From: Armatimonadota bacterium
GTDB lineage: Bacteria; Vulcanimicrobiota; JACPDS01; JBDRKI01
Direction of reading: 5' to 3'
Length of the DNA stretch: 64,000 bases
Assembly (NCBI GenBank): GCA_043814095.1
Contig: JBDRKI010000023.1
Location: forward strand, 277 to 64,276
Shown here one piece after another: positions 10,299 to 19,504 of this stretch; position 1 is the first letter of the stretch, and every line of letters begins with the position of its first letter. Position numbers and translations under genes: made by a program. The notes below the pieces were generated by a model. That model was not told the DNA's origin, made no database searches, and was given only the letters and a program-made list of their open reading frames with translations.

Positions 10299-11462
10299 AT
10301 GACTAAACGTATTACTGCTGTATTAATTGTTCTTTTTTTTGCATGCGGGCTTGCGTACGGGGCGCCCGGACATAAAAAAATTCCCGAAATAGTGGGACTT
10401 ATAAAACCCGCCGTTGTAACGGTAATAATTTATGACAGCAAGGGCGAACAGGTGTCCCAGGCCAGCGGTTTTTTTGTGGCAAAAGATCAGATAGTTTCAA
10501 ACAGGCATATTTTTGAGGGAGGTTACAGCGCCGAGATAAAAGCGTTTAACGGCAAAACATATAAAGTTAAGGGCGTTATAGGCGATGACAGGGGATGGGA
10601 CATTGTTCTTCTAAGCGTGGATACTTCAGATATGGATGTTCAGCCCCTTGTTTTAGTAAATAAGTATCCCAAAGAAGGTCAGAAAATAGTTGTAATAGGA
10701 AGCCCGAGGGGGTTAGAATACACAATATCAGACGGCATTATATCTTCCATAAGAAGGATTAAAGAATTCGGCAAAGTGCTTCAGATAACAGCCCCTCTTT
10801 CACCTGGTTCCAGCGGAAGTCCGGTGGTGAACTTAAACGGTGAAGTTGTGGGGGTAGCCTCATCCCAGGTTCATCACGCCCAGAATCTTAATTTTGCCGT
10901 GCCGAGCGAGAGAGTGCTGGGTCTTGCTCCTTTCGCTAACCTGAAGACGGTATACGCGTGGGTTTCGGGTAGTGCCGATTTAAACAACAAAATATTTCAG
11001 GATAAGCGTCTCGGCTACAGAATAATGTATCCCCTGGACTGGGTATGCACGCAGTTATCCGCTTACCAGGTTGTTTTTAACGGGGAAAAAGGCACTAATG
11101 CATATTATGCCATAATTGATATCCAGGTTGTTTCCCCTGATGAGATAGGCGAAGAAACCGATGATCTGGAATTAATAGTTAAAAGCTTCAAGAGACAGTT
11201 TATTAAAGAAGCCCCTGATGCCAAGATTTACAATGAGAAGCCGTTTATATGCAGAACAGATGAGGGGGACCTTCTTCGCGGTCAGGAATTTACAATAGAA
11301 TACCAAAGAAAAGGAAAGCATTTTAAGCAGTGGCAGATTTTTCTGCCAAGGCCGGAAGGCAAGCTTTTTTATACATGGACATATGTAACTCCTGCCGATC
11401 AGTATGACAGGTTCTTGAATACGGCAAAAGCCATGCTTGGCTCGTGGGAGATAGCGAGGTAG
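10299..11462 (+). CDS. Secreted trypsin-like serine protease (S1C/HtrA-like)
   Basis: Signal peptide; GSPRG...SPGSSGSPV catalytic Ser block. Confidence 0.7.
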   Translation: MTKRITAVLIVLFFACGLAYGAPGHKKIPEIVGLIKPAVVTVIIYDSKGEQVSQASGFFVAKDQIVSNRHIFEGGYSAEIKAFNGKTYKVKGVIGDDRGWDIVLLSVDTSDMDVQPLVLVNKYPKEGQKIVVIGSPRGLEYTISDGIISSIRRIKEFGKVLQITAPLSPGSSGSPVVNLNGEVVGVASSQVHHAQNLNFAVPSERVLGLAPFANLKTVYAWVSGSADLNNKIFQDKRLGYRIMYPLDWVCTQLSAYQVVFNGEKGTNAYYAIIDIQVVSPDEIGEETDDLELIVKSFKRQFIKEAPDAKIYNEKPFICRTDEGDLLRGQEFTIEYQRKGKHFKQWQIFLPRPEGKLFYTWTYVTPADQYDRFLNTAKAMLGSWEIAR

Positions 11463-11489
11463 AATAAGTAAAATAAATTAAGTTAAATA

Positions 11490-11527
11490 AAAAAGCCGTC
11501 CTGATATAATATCAAGACGGCTTTTTG
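11490..11527. terminator. Bidirectional terminator between convergent genes
   Basis: AAAAAGCCGTCctgatataatatcaAGACGGCTTTTT. Confidence 0.6.
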
Positions 11528-11534
11528 TATTACA

Positions 11535-12341
11535 TTACTGTTTAACAAGTACTACATTATATTCAACTTCAGCTTCATTATTACCGTTAACATTATCATT
11601 GCCAATATTTATTTTTACCTTAAATTTATTATTGACAATAAACTGGGACTGTAAAGGTATATTGAACATAAATACTCTCTGGGTCTGGTTTGGTCCCGGA
11701 TAAGTTCTCGGTGCGTTCCAGTAAGGGCTGTTATTTATATATATCTGCGGGCTGCCTTGTTTGCTTGGAGCGTTACCGTTATTTCTGATCATAGCTGATA
11801 CATATATGCTTTGACCGGGTGTTATTTGAGCAAGCGCCTGACCATCCTGTGAACCAGAGATTATTAATTCTGTCACCTGCCAGTCTTGGTTAGCTGCCTG
11901 CTGTACCGGCACTGTAGCTTCGGCTTGGTTATTGCCGTTATTGCCGTCATTGGGTATAACTACCCTTACCTTAAACTGGTTATTTGCCGTATATTGAGCA
12001 TTTACGGGCAACAGGAAGAGGAATACTCTCTGGGTCTGTCCCGGTCCCGGGAAAGTTCTGGGTGCGTTCCAGAAAACGTTATTGCTGTTATTGAGGAAAA
12101 CATTGGGTGTTTTAGTTCCCTGCGGTCCGTCCCCGTTATTTTTAACCATGACGGACACATAGACACTGTCACCCATTTCAAGCTGTTGAACCGCGGGCCC
12201 GTTCTGTAAAGTTGAGAGTATGACCTGCTGTATCTCCCAGTCAGGTTTGGCTTGTTTTCTGGATTGAGAATAAACCGAACCTGAAGTCAGAAAAAAACTA
12301 ATTAGGATAAGAAGGGTTAAAAGAAAAAATCTTTTTTTCAT
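11535..12341 (-). CDS. Secreted protein with two tandem ~115-aa CARDB-like repeats
   Basis: Signal peptide; internal duplication visible at protein and DNA level (VYVSxMxxNNG...NAPRTxPGPxQTQRVF...VNNxFKVxxxI... twice). Confidence 0.55.
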   Translation of the reverse strand: MKKRFFLLTLLILISFFLTSGSVYSQSRKQAKPDWEIQQVILSTLQNGPAVQQLEMGDSVYVSVMVKNNGDGPQGTKTPNVFLNNSNNVFWNAPRTFPGPGQTQRVFLFLLPVNAQYTANNQFKVRVVIPNDGNNGNNQAEATVPVQQAANQDWQVTELIISGSQDGQALAQITPGQSIYVSAMIRNNGNAPSKQGSPQIYINNSPYWNAPRTYPGPNQTQRVFMFNIPLQSQFIVNNKFKVKINIGNDNVNGNNEAEVEYNVVLVKQ

Positions 12342-12410
12342 TGATTTCCTCCCCTGATAGATTATTTTATCTACAACCTTCTGTTTTTTTAATATTTCTC
12401 CTTTGAAAAT

Positions 12411-12443
12411 AAAAAAGACCGTGTGTGTTTACACGGTCTTTTA
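12411..12443 (-). terminator. Intrinsic terminator downstream of the nitrilase-family gene
   Basis: AGACCGTGTGtgtttACACGGTCT with a T-run on the minus strand. Confidence 0.6.
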
Positions 12444-12458
12444 ATAGAAGTTTAATTT

Positions 12459-13316
12459 TTAACTGAGCGATAAAGCAGGTTTTAACAGTTCATCGGTGTA
12501 TGAATCAAGATTTCTGTCTTTTATGTGATCAAATTTTCTTTTTGCGTTTATCCCGTAAGATACTGTTTTATCTTTGTCGGGCTTTAATTCCGCGAATACT
12601 ATCTCTTCACTGCCTCTTGCAAGTGCCAGTTTATGGGCATTAGGGTCTACAATCATGGAATGGCCGAAATAGTAGTTTGCATCACCGTCAGGCCCCACCG
12701 TGTTTACCGCAACAACATGAACATGGTTGTCATATGCTCTTGCCTTGTTTGTAAGATCCCAGATGTCAAAGCTTCTGAGTAAAGCCGAAGGTCTTACTAT
12801 TATCTCCGCTCCTCTTAATGCCAGTATCCTTGCAAGTTCGGGGAAATCGCCGTCATAACATATCATAAGCCCGACTTTTCCGAAATCGGTATCTACTATG
12901 ACGATATCTTTGCCGGGATGCGCCCATCCGCCTTCTGCATGTCTTTCAGTGGGGAATAAGTGTATTTTTCTGTAGATACCTTTTATCTCGCCCTTTTTAT
13001 TTATATATACCGCGACATTGTAGATTTTGTCTTTCTGGCGTTCATACATAGGAAGAACTATATCTACATTAAGCTCCTTGCATAAACCGCTTATAAATTC
13101 CGTGGAGCGTCCCGGTATCTGTTCTGTGTATTTTAAAAAGTTTTTCGCGGGTATGCCCGGCGCGAATGTTGTTGTTATGCTTTCCGGGAATACAATTAAA
13201 TGCGGCTTGAATTCTTTAACCGCTTTTCTGGTCCATACGCCCATCTTAGTTAAGTTTTCTTCCACGGCAAGCGGTTTTGCCGCAATTTGTATCCCGCAGA
13301 CTCTGCATTTTTTCAT
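12459..13316 (-). CDS. Carbon-nitrogen hydrolase (nitrilase/amidase superfamily)
   Basis: CN-hydrolase fold signature (E-K-C triad context, GxCYDxxFPE-like block MICYDGDFPE). Confidence 0.75.
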   Translation of the reverse strand: MKKCRVCGIQIAAKPLAVEENLTKMGVWTRKAVKEFKPHLIVFPESITTTFAPGIPAKNFLKYTEQIPGRSTEFISGLCKELNVDIVLPMYERQKDKIYNVAVYINKKGEIKGIYRKIHLFPTERHAEGGWAHPGKDIVIVDTDFGKVGLMICYDGDFPELARILALRGAEIIVRPSALLRSFDIWDLTNKARAYDNHVHVVAVNTVGPDGDANYYFGHSMIVDPNAHKLALARGSEEIVFAELKPDKDKTVSYGINAKRKFDHIKDRNLDSYTDELLKPALSLS

Positions 13317-13327
13317 GTTATCTCCGT

Positions 13328-14080
13328 TTATTCCTCATGGAAGGCGACTACTCTGGCGAACGCGCTTTCCCCGCCTAAAAACTTCCAGGGGAATATGCCG
13401 ATATTTGTTCTTTTATTTAAGAGTTTATCTATTTCCCCGCCTAAATTTTCCGCATGTATAATATTGTGCGGGAATAATACTATATGCATTAACTGGTAAT
13501 GATCTTTAGGAAAAAGCTGATCAAGTGTTTTACCATGTTTTTCCGCACATTCCTGGGCGAGGTCGGGTCTCCATTCCCTTATTTTGGTGTTAAACGGATG
13601 GTCCGCGCTTCCGCAGTCAACGCCTATCCATTTGATTTTTTTCTTTATGCACCACTGGGCGAATTCCATGGAGGGCCCCGGGTGTTTAATCATATATCTT
13701 ACTTCATCCGCATCGGGCTGGTCCCATGCGTAATGATGGTATCCCGTATGTATAATTAGGATGTCTCTTTCTTTTACTTCAACTCTGTCTTCAATATCCT
13801 TAGAGGTATAGAAGCCGTAATCTTCCGCTATATCGCTTAGGTCAACCACCGCAGCCGGACCGTATAAATCTTCCAGGGGGACAGAGGCAATATCTCTCCC
13901 GTTTGTGCAGAAATGAAGAGATCCGTCAAGATGGGTTCCCACATGGTTGCTTGTTGTTATAAGCTGGCCGTTAGCTCCGTTGGTTGAGAGGCGTTTGAAA
14001 AATTTAACCTGCAGGGGCTCGTAAGTCGGCCATGCAGGGGTATTCGCGCCCGTATTTTGAGTTAAATCGTATAATTTCAT
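13328..14080 (-). CDS. Cyclase-family protein (kynurenine formamidase-like amidohydrolase)
   Basis: HVGTHLDGSLHF metal-binding motif of PF04199. Confidence 0.7.
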   Translation of the reverse strand: MKLYDLTQNTGANTPAWPTYEPLQVKFFKRLSTNGANGQLITTSNHVGTHLDGSLHFCTNGRDIASVPLEDLYGPAAVVDLSDIAEDYGFYTSKDIEDRVEVKERDILIIHTGYHHYAWDQPDADEVRYMIKHPGPSMEFAQWCIKKKIKWIGVDCGSADHPFNTKIREWRPDLAQECAEKHGKTLDQLFPKDHYQLMHIVLFPHNIIHAENLGGEIDKLLNKRTNIGIFPWKFLGGESAFARVVAFHEE

Positions 14081-15264
14081 ATTACACCGTCCTTCTTTAA
14101 TTTTTCTATCTCATTATAATCATATTCCAGGAATTCTTCAAGTATGGAGAATGTATGCTCCCCAAGTTCCGGCGCTTTGCCTCTTTTATCGGAATCTTCG
14201 GATGAGCTCATTTTGACTGGATTTCCCGCAAGAGTCATTCTCCCTATAACGGGATCTTCTGTTTCAACGAACATTTTTCTTATCTTTAACTGTGGATTTT
14301 TTGCTACCTCTTCCATTTTAGCTATGCGGGTAGAGGGGATATGGTGTGTATGGAGTATTTCTTCCCATTCGGAAGCTGTTTTCTTTGAGAATAATTCTTC
14401 CAGTATCTGTGATATTTCAATGTAGTTTTCACACCTTAGCTTATTTGTCTTAAACTTAGGGTTTTCTTTAAGTTCTATAAGCTCTAATGCATTACAGAAA
14501 GTTTCCCATATTTTATCGTTCCCGATGGCCACTATAAGCCACGCGTCTTTTGTCTTAAATGCCTGGAAAGGGGTTATTGTCGGGTGGCGCGTGCCTAAAG
14601 GGGCAGGGGAGGACCCGTCCACAAGATACCTTATAAGGGCGTTCTCAAGTATCGCAAGCTGGCAGTCAAGCATTGATATATCAAGTTTCTGTCCCTTACC
14701 CGTTATTGTTCTCTGGTAGATAGCGGCATTTATACCTATAGCCGCGAAGAGCGCCACTACTATATCGCCGACCGACATACCCACCCTTACCGGCGGGCCT
14801 TCAGGCCAGCCGGTTATACTCATCATGCCGCCGAGCGCCTGGACTATCATATCATAAGCAGGCTTATTAGCCCAGGGTCCGGTATGGCCGAACCCCGATA
14901 AAGATGCGTATATTAATTTAGGATTTAATTCTTTTAATGTTTCATACCCGAGCCCTAATTTCTCCATAGTTCCCGGACGGAAGTTTTCTACCAGAACATC
15001 CGCTTTTTTTACAAACCTTTTTATTATTTCAATACCTTCTTCTTTTTTAAGATCAACGGTTATGCTTTCTTTCTCCCTGTTAATGCTTAAAAAATAGACG
15101 CTTTTCTCGTTTTTAAACGGCCCGTAATGGCGGGAATCATCTCCTTTTACGGGGTGTTCTATTTTAACAACACGGGCTCCCATCTCACGAAGGAGCATGG
15201 TGCAGTATGGTCCGGCAAGTACCCGGGACATATCAAGTACTACTATATTTTCCAGAGGTTTCAT
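14077..15264 (-). CDS. CoA-transferase family III (CaiB/BaiF-like)
   Basis: N-terminal LxGxxVLDxSxxxAGPxCTxxLxxxGAxVIKIE motif. Confidence 0.8.
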   Translation of the reverse strand: MKPLENIVVLDMSRVLAGPYCTMLLREMGARVVKIEHPVKGDDSRHYGPFKNEKSVYFLSINREKESITVDLKKEEGIEIIKRFVKKADVLVENFRPGTMEKLGLGYETLKELNPKLIYASLSGFGHTGPWANKPAYDMIVQALGGMMSITGWPEGPPVRVGMSVGDIVVALFAAIGINAAIYQRTITGKGQKLDISMLDCQLAILENALIRYLVDGSSPAPLGTRHPTITPFQAFKTKDAWLIVAIGNDKIWETFCNALELIELKENPKFKTNKLRCENYIEISQILEELFSKKTASEWEEILHTHHIPSTRIAKMEEVAKNPQLKIRKMFVETEDPVIGRMTLAGNPVKMSSSEDSDKRGKAPELGEHTFSILEEFLEYDYNEIEKLKKDGVI

Positions 15265-15280
15265 GTTTTTCTCCTGGTTT

Positions 15281-15466
15281 TTAATGTTTGTTTATGTGTA
15301 AAATTTGTTTTGTTTTTTGCAGAAAATCAGCAGCAGATTCAATACATGAAGAAGCCCCTTCTTTGGAGAATTCTCCATGATAGTCGGCGCTTTCCCTAAG
15401 TATCATAGCAGAATGTAGATTCTTTAATAATACTTCCTTTAAAGGGTATGATTTTTTGCCTTTCAA
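15281..15466 (-). CDS. Short HEPN-domain protein (61 aa; possibly truncated toxin partner of the upstream nucleotidyltransferase)
   Basis: R-x5-H (RESADYH) HEPN-like motif; sits 13 nt after the MNT gene stop. Confidence 0.4.
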   Translation of the reverse strand: MKGKKSYPLKEVLLKNLHSAMILRESADYHGEFSKEGASSCIESAADFLQKTKQILHINKH

Positions 15467-15481
15467 TTGCTTTTTGAAATT

Positions 15482-16018
15482 CTAAGTCCTCTTTTCTTCC
15501 CATAATAGAATACCTCTTTCTAATTCTTCGTAAAAGACAGGATTGTTTTTTTTGGTTTTTATAAGCTCATTGGGTGTTTTAATAACATATTGAATCTTTT
15601 CTCTCAAGCTGTCTTTAAAAATTATTTTTTCGGCTTTGTCCGGGTATTGTGTAATAATAAAAATATCTATATCGCTTTGAGAGTGATTTTTTCCCGTTGC
15701 GCAGCTTCCGTAAAGAATTATTTTTATGGATATTTCTTTCAGTTTGTCAATTAACGGTTGTAAAAAAGTAGCGGTTTGCAATATTTTTAAATGCTTTATA
15801 ATTATACTGTCCGTAGGTGCTTTATAGAAAGACATTCTGCCGCGTTTTTCTCTTAAAATTAATCCCTTTTCAGCCAAATTTCTCAATGCGAAATTTGTTC
15901 CTGCTCTGCTTACTCCTGTTAATTTTGAAATTTCACGGTCGAAATATTCATTGCCCGGATTTTGAATAAGGAAAGAGAGTATCTTTTGCGCATTAGTAAA
16001 AAACAAGAGATTTTGCAT
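15482..16018 (-). CDS. Minimal nucleotidyltransferase (MNT) with N-terminal winged-helix DNA-binding domain
   Basis: LYGSCATGKNHSQSDIDIFI (GSxxxG...DxD) Pol-beta-type NTase motif; N-terminal wHTH (LTGVSRAGTNFALRNLAEKGLI). Confidence 0.7.
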   Translation of the reverse strand: MQNLLFFTNAQKILSFLIQNPGNEYFDREISKLTGVSRAGTNFALRNLAEKGLILREKRGRMSFYKAPTDSIIIKHLKILQTATFLQPLIDKLKEISIKIILYGSCATGKNHSQSDIDIFIITQYPDKAEKIIFKDSLREKIQYVIKTPNELIKTKKNNPVFYEELERGILLWEEKRT

Positions 16019-16030
16019 TACAAACGCCCC

Positions 16031-16070
16031 AATCTATTATATTAGATTTAAATCTATTATAATAGATTTA
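16031..16070. promoter_or_regulatory. Two tandem 20-bp imperfect palindromes (AATCTA-N6/8-TAGATT) 13 bp upstream of the MNT start; candidate autoregulatory operator
   Basis: AATCTATTATATTAGATTTA / AATCTATTATAATAGATTTA read directly. Confidence 0.5.
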
Positions 16071-16097
16071 AAGTTTTAAGTCAAGTATTACATATTG

Positions 16098-17351
16098 TTA
16101 TACTTTTATTTTTTCCATATCTTCAACATACGCCTCAAAGGCTTCTTCAAAGCAGTTTCCGGGAGGTTTAACGAGCCCTGCTCCCACCTGTCCTATACCT
16201 GCTTCTTTATGGGCTATGCCGGTATTTATAGCGGGAAGTATCCCCGTTTCAATTATTTTTGCAAGATTAAATCCTGTAGGCGTGCCCCTGAAGTTGACTG
16301 CCGGTATCTTATAGGTTGTGTTTTCCGCGTCGGTAATCTGGTACATGTCGAGCGTTGTTTTTACGGCGTCACGCGGCGTGCCGCCCACAAACTGGACTAT
16401 AGCAGGCGCGCCTGCCATTGCTACACCGCCTATGCCGGAGGTCTCGGTAATAACACTGTCCCCTATATCCGGGTTAGCATCGTCTTTTGTAAATCCGGGG
16501 AAGTATAATCCATCCACATCCTGCGCGGGTCCTGTGAACCACTTATCCGGGAAATGGCTTATCTTTATCCCGAATTCGGTCCCGTTTCTTGCCATTGTTG
16601 TAATTATACAGCTCCCGTTTATGCCTTCAGCGGGCATAAGGGCGCATTTTGCGGCCGGCATTGTGAGATTAAGGAAGAAATGGTCATTGCTGTGTATAAA
16701 TTCTAAAACTTTTGAAATTGTTTCTTTATCAAAGTTTGTTTTAACTATTGAAGGGGCAATTTCCCTTATAAACAGGGATGTGCCGGCTTTGTTTCTGTTA
16801 TGGCCTTCGTCTCCCATAAGGAGCGCCTGGGCTATAAGGTTTTTAAGATTAAGCTCGCCGCCATAGATTTTAAGAGCTTCAGACAATACGGGATAAAGCA
16901 CATCTTCCATCCATTTTAATCTTGTTATTACTTCTTCAGAATACGCGCCGTATCTTAAGACTTTGCCTAATCCCTCATTAAGTGTGCAGTATGCCTTGTT
17001 TCCGTAAGTTTTATTTTCTACTATAAATACTGGCATGCTCGGTGTTATAACTCCCGCCATAGGGCCTACGGAACTGTGATGGTGGCAGGGTGCGAATTTT
17101 ATTTCCCCGCTTTTGGCTAAAATTTCAGCTTCTTGAGGAGTTTTGGCCATCCCTTCATATATAATGCCGCCTATGATAGCGCCGCGGAGCGGCCCTGACA
17201 TCTTTTCCCATGTTATGGGAGGGCCTGCATGCAGGAAGAGATTTTTTTCCATGTTAGGTATAACATCTATGGCTTTCCCGAAACCCGTAAGGGTGGGTTG
17301 TGCCTGCATAATGGTATCAATGACTTTTTTATTAGATTGATCAATATTCAT
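16098..17351 (-). CDS. DUF1116 / YlbE-like protein (oxamate-carbamoyltransferase-associated family)
   Basis: Size and recollected resemblance to E. coli YlbE; located with an FdrA-like gene. No alignment was run, so moderate confidence. Confidence 0.45.
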   Translation of the reverse strand: MNIDQSNKKVIDTIMQAQPTLTGFGKAIDVIPNMEKNLFLHAGPPITWEKMSGPLRGAIIGGIIYEGMAKTPQEAEILAKSGEIKFAPCHHHSSVGPMAGVITPSMPVFIVENKTYGNKAYCTLNEGLGKVLRYGAYSEEVITRLKWMEDVLYPVLSEALKIYGGELNLKNLIAQALLMGDEGHNRNKAGTSLFIREIAPSIVKTNFDKETISKVLEFIHSNDHFFLNLTMPAAKCALMPAEGINGSCIITTMARNGTEFGIKISHFPDKWFTGPAQDVDGLYFPGFTKDDANPDIGDSVITETSGIGGVAMAGAPAIVQFVGGTPRDAVKTTLDMYQITDAENTTYKIPAVNFRGTPTGFNLAKIIETGILPAINTGIAHKEAGIGQVGAGLVKPPGNCFEEAFEAYVEDMEKIKV

Positions 17352-17423
17352 AATTTACCTCTCAATAATTAATATAATTATAGCAAGTAAATTATAACAT
17401 TGTGGAATTAGTGGAGCAAGTAC

Positions 17424-18272
17424 TTAAATCCCGATGATTCTTTTTAAGCCGCGGGGGAGCCGGTACCATTTTCTGCCCTGCACTTTTCTTATTTTCTCAG
17501 GTACGGTTCTTGTGGATGGTTTTAACGGGCTTTTTGCTCTTGCGCCTGTAGGGAGGTCCGGTTTTGGGGCGGCAATCTGTTTTTTTCCGAGTTTTACAAA
17601 ATCATCAAATCTTTCAAGAGAGCCGTTAATTCCCGGTTGGTAATATTTTTTAATGGCTGCTTCAAGTTTAAACTTCATAGCCAGATATCCGGTTTTTTTG
17701 TCTGTACATATCTTTTTAAGAGAGCTGTCTAGAATTCTGTTTAGCCGTTTTGAGATTCGATACCCTATATTATCCTTGCTTACATAAGCGGCCTGGCGTA
17801 TCTCGTATTGAAATATCCAGTTAATGTCTTTAACGCCGCTTATCCCGTAATCTACCAGAAGGGATGTAAATTGTCTCATTAGGTTTCTAAAGGCTCTTTC
17901 CTCATGGCTAAGTTCTGTAATATAGATGGTTTTAGTTCTTTCTGTCAGATTTTTACAAAGCTGGAAAAATTTATCTGAGCATTTATTATATCTGTTTTTA
18001 CAAAGCCGGTATTTTTTAAATTTTTTGATGCTTCTGAATCCCTGCAGTCTTGTTAATTCTTTATCCAGGTCGCCCATTAAATTCCTTGTCTTGTGAATCT
18101 GGTCAAGGATTTTTACACATTCCGGGTCTTTTTCAATTTTTTGCGCGAACCGGTTTATAAAATCAGATACTTGTTTGCGGGGAAATGTCTTTAGAAGTTC
18201 ATCCCCGTTTTTTGCGGGTGATGAATTAAAATCTGAATTTTGTCCTGTTATTTTAATTATTGATGCATTCAT
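17424..18272 (-). CDS. Hypothetical basic protein (282 aa)
   Basis: ORF only; no recognisable motif. Confidence 0.4.
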   Translation of the reverse strand: MNASIIKITGQNSDFNSSPAKNGDELLKTFPRKQVSDFINRFAQKIEKDPECVKILDQIHKTRNLMGDLDKELTRLQGFRSIKKFKKYRLCKNRYNKCSDKFFQLCKNLTERTKTIYITELSHEERAFRNLMRQFTSLLVDYGISGVKDINWIFQYEIRQAAYVSKDNIGYRISKRLNRILDSSLKKICTDKKTGYLAMKFKLEAAIKKYYQPGINGSLERFDDFVKLGKKQIAAPKPDLPTGARAKSPLKPSTRTVPEKIRKVQGRKWYRLPRGLKRIIGI

Positions 18273-18312
18273 TATCAGTCCTCTATTTATCTTAAGAAAG
18301 TATTATAATTAT

Positions 18313-19302
18313 TTAACCGGATATGTCAATTACGCTGTCTACAAGCCCATAGAGCTCTTTATAGCTGTCCACTTTATATATATTATTCCTGAAAGCCGCG
18401 GCTCCTTTTATCCCTTTAAAATAATAAACAGCCATTTTACGGGCAAGGGGAACCGCTCTTTTCTCTCCGTAATATTCTCTTATGTATTCCGCGTGACGCA
18501 AGAAAACTTCTTTCTTTTCTGAAATATCGGGATAAGTTGTTACAGAATCAGTATCTGCCGCCGCTTCTATTTCTTTGAATATCCACGGGTTTCCGAATGC
18601 ACCCCTTGCTATCATAACACCGTCCACGCCTGTTTTCTCAACCATATTTTTTACATCTTCTGTGTTCATCAAGCCGCCGTTTCCCATAACAGGGATATGC
18701 ATATCTTTTTTAATCTGCGCGATAGTTTCTATATCAACCGGCCCTGTATAGAATTCTTCCCTTGTTCTGCCGTGGATAGTGATTAAGTCTATGCCTTCAT
18801 CCTCGGCTATTCTTGCAAGCTCCGGCGCTGTTTTATTATTCTTCGACCAGCCGGTTCTCATTTTGACCGATAATATGCCTTTATGCTCACTCCTTGCGGC
18901 CTTAATTATCTCTTTAGCATTATCAAGATTCTGCATTAGCGCTGCTCCGGCGCCTTCTTTTACTATTTTTCTTACAGGACACCCCATGTTTATGTCTATC
19001 CACCTGAAACCGTCTTTCTGGGAAAGGATATAAGCTGCTTTTTTTATCCAGTCAGGCTTACTTCCCACAATCTGGACCGCAAAGAATTCTTCTCCGGCAT
19101 CCTTTAAGTATTCTTCTTGTGTTTTTTTATTGCCGTATATAAGAAGGCCGGTATGCACCATCTCGGAGAATAATACTTTGCCTCCTACCTCCGCCAGGAT
19201 TTTCCTGAAAGGATAATCAGAATACCCGCTCATAGGCGACATTACTATGCGGTTTGGGATTTCTATATCACGGATTGTTAGGGGTTGTATTAGGTGTTTC
19301 AT
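18313..19302 (-). CDS. dus: tRNA-dihydrouridine synthase
   Basis: PMSGYSDYPFR...NMGCPVRKIVKEGAGAALM Dus signature. Confidence 0.85.
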   Translation of the reverse strand: MKHLIQPLTIRDIEIPNRIVMSPMSGYSDYPFRKILAEVGGKVLFSEMVHTGLLIYGNKKTQEEYLKDAGEEFFAVQIVGSKPDWIKKAAYILSQKDGFRWIDINMGCPVRKIVKEGAGAALMQNLDNAKEIIKAARSEHKGILSVKMRTGWSKNNKTAPELARIAEDEGIDLITIHGRTREEFYTGPVDIETIAQIKKDMHIPVMGNGGLMNTEDVKNMVEKTGVDGVMIARGAFGNPWIFKEIEAAADTDSVTTYPDISEKKEVFLRHAEYIREYYGEKRAVPLARKMAVYYFKGIKGAAAFRNNIYKVDSYKELYGLVDSVIDISG

Positions 19303-19312
19303 AATATTACTG

Positions 19313-19495
19313 TTATTTTCTCAATTTATTATAACGTTCCAGCAGGTCCAGCATTTTTTTGTTTCCGCCTGCCGGAGGGCGCCACTGGACAGACACAACT
19401 TTTGTATTTTCTTTTTTAAGATTTTCCGCAAAAGAGGAAAGACCGATATTTAGGACTTTTAATTCTTTATTTATTAGGTTTGTGTTGTTTTTCAT
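19313..19495 (-). CDS. Small hypothetical protein (60 aa)
   Basis: Short ORF filling the gap between dus and the fdrA-like gene; uncertain. Confidence 0.25.
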   Translation of the reverse strand: MKNNTNLINKELKVLNIGLSSFAENLKKENTKVVSVQWRPPAGGNKKMLDLLERYNKLRK

Positions 19496-19504
19496 AAAAT
19501 CACC

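Noticed and set aside
19313-19495. The 60-aa ORF as a confident gene
   Set aside because: No RBS context was checked and no conserved motif is visible; reported only as a low-confidence feature.
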